DNA of 64,000 bases, from the NCBI GenBank assembly GCA_951406725.2, contig OX597830.1, positions 30,442,001 to 30,506,000 on the forward strand, read 5' to 3'. A program made the position numbers and the translations under genes. This stretch comes from Octopus vulgaris (taxonomy: Eukaryota). Below, one piece after another: positions 53,426 to 64,000 of this stretch (positions within the stretch are counted from its first letter, which is position 1; each line of letters starts with the position of its first letter). Below the pieces are notes generated by a model. It was not told the origin of the DNA. It did no database searches and saw nothing but the letters and a program-made list of their open reading frames with translations.

Positions 53426-53908
53426 TATTAAGCCATAGAATTAAGTTTTTGTTTTGTTTTACTTTTTACTTGTTTGCTTTTATTTGCTCTTTTTTTCTTT
53501 GGGGATACTTGGGTTTTCATGCTGCTATTTTAACTCAAAATATATTCCATGTTTGAATACTGCTAATTAAATAAGAATGCCGCTTTAACTAACAACTAAA
53601 TTTTCGTACACAATTACATTAGACATATGATTTAACTCAAAAAACTATGTAACACGAAAAATAGTCATAAAAATTTATATTTCTTTTAATAAATGATTTG
53701 TACATATTTTCCACATTTTAACGGATTTTCCAGTTCTTGCGTTGGTATTTTGATGATTTAAAAAAAAAATTCTTTTTTTTAATTTTCAGGTTTTTAAATA
53801 CGTTGGCCGAGACCGATATAAAATTGCTGAGCAGAATTGAATCGCTTTAATTACATTTTACAGAGTTATGTAGCTTGGGTATGAACACACGCACACGCAC
53901 ACACACGC

Positions 53909-53976
<68 letters not shown>

Positions 53977-54020
53977 AAACACGTGTATGTAATTCATTTT
54001 ACCAATTGCTCCAATGCAAA

Positions 54021-54535
54021 TCTATATATATAAAACTGTAGTTGTGTGAGTGTCTGTCCCCTTCGATTTAGATTCCTAACTACTCCCACATTTTGCGGTG
54101 CAGTTTAACTAAATTCGGGTATCTTATAGTCGTGATTCATATCGAGCCCGTCTGAGTATTAGCGCGCGTCTACGATGAGTCTACGATTTTAAAAATAATT
54201 TAACATCATTTTTTATTCCATTTTAATGCATAATTTTTCGTGTGTCGATGGCGGCGGAGTTGGCGTCCATGGTCACACCTGCACCTGTGTTTGCTTCTCC
54301 CCCTTCTTCCCTCCCTCGTGAAGCTGTGGGGAAGGGAGTTTAAGGAAATCAACGTCGTAATGCGTTGTCAAGGAGACGAGCGTTCTTTTAGAACAACGAC
54401 TTCATGGCTTGAAGACACCAAAACAGAAATGGCTAAGAAAGCCCAAATTGGCATCTATAAGGGAAGTAACTCTCTAAAAATGCTTATATAGTTATTTCCC
54501 TTACAAACCCGAGCAACGCCGGGCGATACTGCTAG
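54021..54535 (+). mobile_element. Non-autonomous Helitron
   Basis: A|TCTATATATATAAAA...CCCGAGCAACGCCGGGCGATACTGCTAG|T. Confidence 0.88.
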
Positions 54536-54934
54536 TTTATGTATAAATCCGCTTACCGTAATTTTCAATGGTCAAACGGGGACCAATGGGAATATTGCGC
54601 AAGTTCTGGAGTGCCGCAGCCTGTAGACTGAGAACCAAAGAAAGTGAATCTCATCTCCCCCCTCACCACCACCAACCAGTGGGTTGGTAGATTTTTTTTT
54701 TTTTTTTTTGCTGCAAACATATTGACAGAATTGCACTTTTCTTTCCCGCTATAAAACCAGTATCCAGCGAATACTGAAGTGACGCGTGTAGGCAGGTAAG
54801 ACTTACAGTTTGTCGTTATCGCTTCGATGGTCGGAGGACTGGCTGATGGACATAAAATGACGGAGGATGTGGCCAAAGACAGATGAACACAGCAACAAGA
54901 CTTCACAGTGCATATTTACAAAATATTGGCTTCA

Positions 54935-55140
54935 AACTTTGGCACAAGGCCAGCAATTTCGGGGAAGCGGGTATGTCGATTACATCGAACCTAGTACGCA
55001 AGTGATACTTATTTTACGGATCCTGAAAGGGTGAAAGGCAGAGTCGATCTCGGCGGAATTTGAACTTTGAATGTAAAAACGGACGATATGCTGCGAAGCA
55101 TTTTTCCCGGTGTGTTAACCATTCTGACAGTTCGCCGCTT
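54935..55140 (-). mobile_element. SINE family C
   Basis: Reverse complement of head, central block and ggccttgtgcc tail. Confidence 0.75.
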
Positions 55141-55179
55141 TCATGCTTGTAAAATATTGTCAAGTAGAACAATTGTTGT

Positions 55180-55626
<447 letters not shown>

Positions 55627-56300
55627 GCACGCACACACACATTTACATATACGTTCATTAGCTTACTGCTGTTTCTGCTAAAAGAGTCAGCGCCCTCAGA
55701 ATTGTGTGCGTGACATCATCCTTTCGCTTCTTATGAGCTATTAAAATAAAATTTGAGAATGATATAGAAGGTTGTGCAATCACTCAGCCCAGAGTACACT
55801 GCTCCTTATACAGTAAGCTAATTAAACTGTTGGCATGATTTCTCGTGCATTGTCAATCCAACATAAACGTACACACGCCCACACTCGCATACACACAGCG
55901 GAATCATAAACATATATATATATGCATGAAAACATAAGTATGTGTGCAGTTGCACCTATAGATAAATAGAGAAACAGTAATTTCAAACTGCTGGAGATTT
56001 CCAAACAAAATATGAGCAGGTGACGCGGTATTTGCAAACACAGACTGTAAGCAGAGCAATTAAAATCAGCGAGACTTTTCTAAAATTTAACATGTAATCT
56101 TGATCGTTGTTGTTATACAAATTCAGGCGATAAAAACTTTGTCTCTTTGTTAGAAATTAGATTCTTGTTTACAGAGAAAAACAAATTCAAACATTTAAAA
56201 GGAAACACCCACTCACATGTACAAATATGTTCATACATTCAAACATACATACATACAGACATACATACACACACAGACATACATACATACACATACACAC

Positions 56301-56351
<51 letters not shown>

Positions 56352-56561
56352 CATACAGGTGTATATATATGTGTATGTGTGTATATATGTGTGTGCATGT
56401 GTGTATATGTATATATATGTATATATATACATATACATATATAGACATATATATATGCATATGTATATATACACATACACGTATATATACATATATATAG
56501 ATGCATATACTTGTATATATATATATATATATGGCGGTGTGTGTGTATATATATGTATATG

Positions 56562-56662
<101 letters not shown>

Positions 56663-57073
56663 CTGTCTCAACCTCTATACTTTCATATACGTATACATGC
56701 ATGCATAATGGTGTGTATGCATAGCATTTACACTCATTGAATTATTGAAAGTCTTGTGTTTGCTGTCAAGTCATTTGATCAGCCGGGTTGTTTTAATCTA
56801 AGCAACACTAATTTATTACGTACAAACATATAACCACTATATTCACACGTATAGACACGCACATGCAAACACAAGCTCACAAGCATGCAAACACACAAAC
56901 ATACACATTGACACTTGAGCCTAGAGCATAGCACCACATCTACCTCCGAGTCTTTCTTTCTCATCGTTGTTTCTTGCTTTTTTCTTTTTTTTTCTTTTTT
57001 TGTTTCTGCTTATCTTCTCTCTGAAGCACTTGCTCACTTTGTCGTCGTTCCTCCGTCTTCCCCCCTCTCTCTG

Positions 57074-57137
<64 letters not shown>

Positions 57138-57454
57138 TGTGTGTGTTAGTCTCTCCTCCTCTGTATACGTATTCACACTCACACACACATACACATATAC
57201 ATTTAGATATAGCCAGATACATACTTGCAAGCACAAACACAGACAGATAGATAATTAGAGAGAGAGAGAGAGAGACAGAGAGAGACAGACAGACAGGCAG
57301 ACAGACAGACAGGGAGAGAGAGAGAGGGGGGAGAGAGAGAGAGAGGTAAGTGCATATGTATTAGTAAAATATGTTTCAACAAATGCATTTACGTAACGAT
57401 AGAAACATGTTCGAATGGATGCACATATTATATACGTCTGTATGTGGATACATA

Positions 57455-57874
57455 CATATATAAATACATACATACATGCATGCATGCATACATACATACA
57501 TACATACATGCATGCATACATGCATACATACATACATACATACATACATACATGCATACATACATGCATGCATACATACATGCATGCATGCATGCATACA
57601 TACATGCATGCATACATACATACATATATACATAAATACATACATACATACATACATGCATACATACATGCATACATACATGCATACATACATACATGCA
57701 TACATACATATATACATACATACATACATACATACATACATACATACATGCATACATACGAACATACATACATGCATACATACATACATACATACATACA
57801 TGCATACATGCATACATACATACATACATGCATACATACATGCATGCATGCATATATACATTCATACATGCATG

Positions 57875-57906
<32 letters not shown>

Positions 57907-57992
57907 CATACATACATACATACATACATACATACATACATACATACATACATGCATACATACATACATACATACATACATACATACATACA

Positions 57993-58022
<30 letters not shown>
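57455..58022. repeat. Compound (CATA/CATG)n tetranucleotide array, about 570 bp
   Basis: Direct observation. Confidence 0.95.
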
Positions 58023-58029
<7 letters not shown>

Positions 58030-58194
58030 ATCCCTCATTTTATTCCTCTCTCCCAGCCTGCACTTTACATCTCCAATCTGTGAGTGCAGCTTATCCATAT
58101 TTTTCTGCTGAGTGTTTGGTGTTCGGGTGACACTCGAAGAAATCTGGAAATAGCAAACATCTGACGGAATCTAATGGCGTCTAATGACATCACA

Positions 58195-58300
58195 GATGAT
58201 GATTATGATGAGGAGGAGGAGGAGGAGAAGGAGGAGGAGGAGGAAGGTGATGATGGTGGTGGTGAGGATGATGATGATGATGATGACGACAACGATGACT

Positions 58301-58349
<49 letters not shown>

Positions 58350-58727
58350 CGACAACGATGACTATGATGATGATGAGTACGAAGGAGCCTGTGATGACAA
58401 TACTACAGATGAGGATAATTATAGGGCTGGGTGAGAATGTAGGGTGGTAACGAAACTGACGAAACAGGAAACAGCGTTCGCTTCCTAAACTAACACCTAC
58501 CACACGCACAAACACACACACACGCACTCACACAGAAGCACAGAAACACGCACTCACACAGAAACACAGAAACACACACACACAGAACACACGCGCACGC
58601 CCATATACACGGATGGTGGATGTTTTAGTTACTCACAGAAAATGACTAATCGTTGTCATTGTCATCCGTTGCCATCAACACCAACAACAACAACAACAAC
58701 AACACTATCCCATCATCATCACACAAA

Positions 58728-58764
<37 letters not shown>

Positions 58765-58944
58765 GTCATCATCATCGTCGTCATCATCATCATCATAGTC
58801 ATCATCATCATCTCATCATTGTCATAGTTTCATCGTCATCATCATAATCATCATCATCGTCATCATCATCATCTTCATCATTATCATCATTTTATCATCG
58901 TCATCATCACTATCTTCATAATCATCACCATCTTCATCATCTCT

Positions 58945-58977
<33 letters not shown>

Positions 58978-58980
58978 GGA
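58195..58980. repeat. (GAT/GAG)n and oppositely oriented (CAT)n trinucleotide tracts
   Basis: Direct observation. Confidence 0.85.
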
Positions 58981-59601
58981 AATAGTTAACTGTTTCATCA
59001 AAATTATAAATAGCACAAACAGCATCATTAGTATCAACAGCTTCATTAACTTTCGATATTTAACTAATTTTGCTCATCAGAGCCCCCCCCCCCCTTCTAC
59101 TTCTCCCACCCTCTCCCTTTCCCTCTCTCTCCCTCTCTCCACTTTTTGTTCTTCTCTTTCGATTCGATTCGATTTTCCTCAAGTTGTCGCTATTAATAGC
59201 AAAACAGATCGCTTTTTATTTCATCACTATATCTCCTCCTACTCCTCCTCTTCTTCTTCTCCTCCTCTTCTTCTTCTTCTTCTTCTTCTTCTTCTTCTTC
59301 TTCTTCTTCTTCTTCTTCCACCATCATCACCAGCTTCCTAGTCATCATGATCGTCCTGAACCGTTTGTCTCCCTCCTCATCTTCGTCATGAACAGCAGCT
59401 CAGACATTCTGCAAGTAAAACGAAGAAATATCATAGTTCAAGACTTTTTAATGTCGCGCAAAATACCCGAAAACTCATTGCTCAGCTGGTTTTATATACA
59501 ACGAAACTATTTAAGAAACGCATTTATCAAGACTTTGAGTGATCATTTTACATCTTCTAAAGCTTTGAATTATATTTCAAAAATTCATGAGCACCTAGTT
59601 A

Positions 59602-59757
59602 CAGGGGGACGTTGAAAAGTTCCTGGCTTTAAGAAAAAGAAAATACAGAGATACAATAGAAGCAGTTGGACAAGTGTCTTCTACTATAGCCTCGGGCTGA
59701 CCAAAGCCTTGTGAGTGGATTTGGTAGACAGAAGCTGAAGGAAGCCCGTCGTATATA

Positions 59758-59843
<86 letters not shown>

Positions 59844-60083
59844 TCCCCCCTCCCAATATCGCTTGACAAGCGATGGTGGTGTGTTTACGTCGCCGTAACT
59901 TAGCGGTTCGGCAAAAAGGGAACCGATAGAATTAGTACCAGGCTTACAAAGAATAAGTCCTGGGGTCGATCTGCTCGACTAGAGGCGGTGTTCCAGCGTG
60001 GCCGCAGTCAAATGACTGAAACAAGTAAAAGAGAATAAAAGAGTAAAAGAGTACTCAGCAGAACTTTTTATTCCAGTCCTCAA
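59602..60083. mobile_element. Second mariner-like MITE copy interrupted by SINE A
   Basis: Left end TA|CAGGGGGACGTTGAAAAGTTCCTGGCTTT; probable right end gaacttttt..cctca. Confidence 0.45.
59668..60052 (+). mobile_element. SINE family A, 5'-truncated
   Basis: Begins within the CORE-like block; full tail. Confidence 0.9.
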
Positions 60084-60619
60084 TATTTTTATCGGGGTCG
60101 TTTTACCTTGATCTCCATGTCATTTTATAGAGTCGCGTTCCAGAGGATTATGACCAGGTCGGTGTCATATACTATATTCGGTACATATTAAGACACGTCT
60201 AGCTTGACCTCCATATTTAGGCTGTTGTCTACAGTTGGCAGTATGGTTCTCAGACGTCTTGTATAGTTTACATTTGATGAATTATTCTTACTACTTCGTG
60301 CAACCATGCAGAAGTACTCTTGTTCTTATATTGCCGTTGTTGTTGATATTGTTACTGTTTTATTATTTTTTAACCCCATCTCAGACTCGATCAAGTAGAA
60401 GTATATAAGACTGCATTACCTCATGCTTCCTTTCCTGCTTAAAAGAGTATGATGAGTCTTGAGGGAAATTTGGCTTGATATTCCTTGAAGACTAATTTGT
60501 TCTTTTTAGACTAGAAAATAAATAATAAACATTTGCAAAGTCAACGCCCTTTCTCATACTATCAGCAAAAGAATCATCAGCAGGCCTTTTTAATTATCTA
60601 AATAACTCATTGTAATTTA

Positions 60620-61130
60620 TAACATTTTCTCTGATGAAATTTAAAACTTTTATAATTATGGGGATGCACTTCCTGAAAGCTACACAGCCATCAACTCTAT
60701 ACAGGCCGCCTAGTATATAAGAAAATTTTTTCGTTCAGAAAGGCAAAATAAACTATATGGCTAAGTTGGTCAGTATATAAATAATAAGAAACATTTTTGC
60801 CCAATAGGCTGCATATAATTGTAAGTAATTTTAAGTCTGCATATAGGTGTTAGATCTAATAGAATTTTTAGATATTGAAATATAAGAATGTAGTGATGGT
60901 GGCATAGTATTCCTTTATGTCTAATAGTAAGAATTTAGAATTCGATTTATTATGGAGAGATTGAAATCAGTATATTACAGCTTGCATATTTTTCCAATGA
61001 GAAACAGATTTCATTTTCAGTGAGGTATTATCTAAATTAGCTTTACTAGTTATACTAATTTCAGATTTAATCGGATTAATTAGGTATCAAATAAGGATTA
61101 TTGCAAACGTTAACATTATGCCTCTTCCAA
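60620..61130 (+). pseudogene. Possible ancient Penelope-like RT remnant
   Basis: Decayed motifs in the expected order: IMGMHF..SY, YINN (compare YIDD), IEFLDIEI. Confidence 0.3.
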
Positions 61131-62079
61131 GAAAAAGTAGGTTCTTTACTGTTAACAGATTCCATAGCTTCATTAATTTAGCATTTTTTTAAACTAAATA
61201 TACAACTTTTCATGACATACACCGAAGACAAAAGGCAATATAGTATCCATATATTTCTCAGGGCTTCTGAATGTAGTGGAAGGAAGAAACAAAGTTATGC
61301 TCAGACTAGAAACTTGGTCCAATTTCCCACACTAGAATGATCTACTTAAAGAGTCCAAGAAGCAGATGATGGATTTTAAAGCGAACGTGGGATTAGGTCT
61401 AACACGCACCTCCCGTCTACAGAGTCTCATTCACAAGGTTTTGGTCAAAGCTAGACTATGATAGAAGATACATGCTCAAGGTGTCACGCAGAGAAGTTGA
61501 ATCACGCACTTGTGAAGCGAATTTTCTTAAGTACACATGAGGAGATTATTAATCGCCACAGATTGTTCAGCCAGTAGATTGACAGTTAATTCATCTATCT
61601 GGTCCTATCAACTTGGCCGACAGCATGTGGTTTCTCGTTCCAGGCTACAGACAAAACTTTTAATAATAACGATGTAATGAGAGAAAACCATATCATTCCC
61701 CCTTTGCGTATACAGAGCGGAAATATTTAGGTCACTCGACTCATTTGTGCTTTTTAATTGATATCTGTAAGAAAAAGAAGAGGGAAAAAATTCCGGTTTT
61801 TACTCTTAATGTTCTGTTTTCAACACGCTACCTCTACCCGTCCTCTCAAACTAAGTTGAATACATAAACGTCACCACACCCAGATTTACTCTTTCCTACA
61901 TATACATTTGCTCTCTCTCTCCTCTTCTCTCTCTCTATCCCTTTCCCTCTCTCTCTCTCTCTCTCTCTTTCGTTCTCGCTCTCTCGCTCTCCCCCCTCTC
62001 TCTCGCGCGCGCTCTCTCATCCTGATTTCACGAGCTCACAATCACATACACATGCACACAAACATGCATTTATACACAC

Positions 62080-62113
<34 letters not shown>

Positions 62114-62723
62114 GTGTGTGTGTGGTTGTGTACGTATATGCATAATCAAATAGTCTTCCTAATACTACTACTCCTACATTCCCCATCACCTCCGTCATCA
62201 CCATCACTACCACCACCACCACCACTACTAATAATAATACTAGTAGGAGGAGGAGGAGGGGTAGGAGTAGGAGGAGGAGGGGAACAGCAGCAGCAATTAC
62301 GTAGTGATGATGATGGCTGTGGTGATAATGGTAGTGGCGGTAATGGTAGTGATGGTAGTGGTAGTGGTGGTGATAGTCTGGTGGTGGTGGTGATTTTAAT
62401 AGCCTCTACCACCTTTTAACTTCACAGTCTCTACTGACTATTATTGTCACTAAATAACCAATAATGCAACCACCACAACTACCACCAGAACCACCACCAC
62501 CACCCCAACAACTACCACTACCTGCACGATCTTCACCATATACAGACACTAGGTATTAGCACAAATCACACCCTTCCGTCTTACAAGAGGAAGAAGACAC
62601 ATTCTACAGTGTACGATTGAATAAAAAGACAGATTTGGTTTACCGTTAGCCGGTTTTTGATCATACGTCGTCTGCTCGATCGGAACAGGCCCAGGGCTAA
62701 ACAGCAGCCATGCACATCCACTT

Positions 62724-62960
62724 ATCTTTTATCTTTTACTTGTTTCAGTCATTTGATTGCGGCCATGCTGGGGCACCGCCTTGAAGAAATTTTTTTTTTC
62801 TAGTCGGACAAATCGACTGTAGGAATTACTTTTTTTTTTTAAGCCTAGCACTAATTCTATAGGTCTCTTTTGCCGAACTGCTATTGTTACGGGGCCGTAA
62901 ACACACCAACACCGGTTGTCAAGTAGTGGTGGTGGGAGTCAAACACAGGAGCAAAGACAT
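62724..62960 (-). mobile_element. SINE family A, 3' module
   Basis: ttttacttgtttcagtcatttga...cgtaaacacaccaacaccggttgtcaag. Confidence 0.85.
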
Positions 62961-62994
62961 ACATACGTAGATGTATACATATGCATGTGTGTAT

Positions 62995-63180
62995 GGTTTT
63001 TTTCCTCTGTCTTCCCTTCTCTGGATCTTTCCTTCTCCTATGTTTCCGACGAAGAGCTCCGCTCGAAACGTTAAACCCTCCTTCTTCCCTTCTTTCCTGA
63101 GCGTCCAATAATACTTTATTTGTTCCACGTCCTCGCGTTGTTGTGTTATTTTGTATTTTCTTGTTTGGATTAACTATATA
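62995..63180 (+). mobile_element. Hammerhead-bearing element family P1
   Basis: Homologous to 23902-24102; ends ggattaactata then (TA)n. Confidence 0.8.
63042..63076 (+). ncRNA. Minimal type I hammerhead motif, CCGACGA core, perfect stems
   Basis: GUUU-CCGACGA-A-GAGC-UCC-GCUC-GAAAC-GUU-AAAC. Confidence 0.68.
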
Positions 63181-63203
63181 TATATATATATGTCCTTTTA
63201 ATA

Positions 63204-63279
63204 TTTTACTTGTTTCAGTCATTTGACTGTTGCCATGATAGGGCACCGCCTTTAGTCGAGCAAATCGACCCCAGGACTT
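63204..63279 (-). mobile_element. SINE family A, tail fragment
   Basis: ttttacttgtttcagtcatttgact...gtcgagcaaatcgaccccaggact. Confidence 0.8.
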
Positions 63280-64000
63280 AGTAGAGATTGTTCTTTGTGG
63301 CTAATGGCGTGAGTCCTGATTGGAAGAAGAAGACTGCAACACCATTAGTTCTCTCCTTCTTTTAACATTACCATTGCAGCTACTGTACTACTACGTACAC
63401 TTAACAGAAACCGCACAGGTGACTGCTAAGCCTGTTACACTAATGCCACTAAATAAAAAAAATTTTTAACCACACGGCCATACTTACACATCTTTTGTCT
63501 TTTGTTTTTTTGTTTTATTTGTTTTTTTGTTTTATTTGTTTCAGTGATTTGACTGCGATTGAAAAACAACCCATGACATCGGTACGATTTGAACTCTGAA
63601 AGTATAGACTCAGATCAAATACCACAATAAATCAATCCGAAACCGTTACGACTAAGCCACTTCACCACCATTACTTGACTCACACCACCTCACACGTCAC
63701 ACCTTCACATACACACACACACACTACTACACCACCACCACCACCACACCACCACATCCACCTACACCATCATCATCACCACTACCATCACCACTACCAT
63801 CACCACCATCACCACTACCACCAGCAACAAGGAGGTTGCTAGGAAAGAAATTACATTCTGGTACAATAGGGAATGTTTAATATATGTATATGTGTGTGAG
63901 TGTGTGTGTGCGTGTATGCTTGTATGTTTGTGTACTGGCGTATATACATACATATATTTATGCGTGTGCATATAAGACTCTATATATATATCTGCAGGAA

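Noticed and set aside
58454-58480. CTGACGA...GAAAC..GTT hammerhead-like string
   Set aside because: Stems I and II cannot form; likely chance. The same applies to CTGATGA at 8200, 32412 and 60630.

Overview
Eukaryotic, AT-rich, non-coding DNA saturated with microsatellites and transposon debris. The style (tRNA-head SINEs, TA/CA/GATA/TAA/trinucleotide tracts) suggests an octopus or other cephalopod intergenic or intronic region; this is inference. No intact host protein-coding gene is supported, and most ORFs in the track are translations of simple repeats. Recognisable content: about 15 copies or fragments of a bipartite CORE-like SINE (family A), other tRNA-derived SINE groups, and remnants of R4/Dong-like, RTE-like, CR1-like and L1/Tx1-like non-LTR elements. 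There is also a decayed Penelope-like element (RT plus GIY-YIG), non-autonomous Helitrons, and Tigger-, mariner- and hAT-like MITEs. The most notable signal is a set of short, mostly microsatellite-embedded elements carrying minimal type I hammerhead ribozyme motifs, often at the turn of long inverted repeats; two families have a non-canonical CCGANGA core. Also notable are a SINE tail matching the 3' end of an L1/Tx1-like LINE in the same window, 2x2 head/tail shuffling among SINEs, and multi-level nested insertions. Coordinates were read by eye, and ends may be off by several bases.
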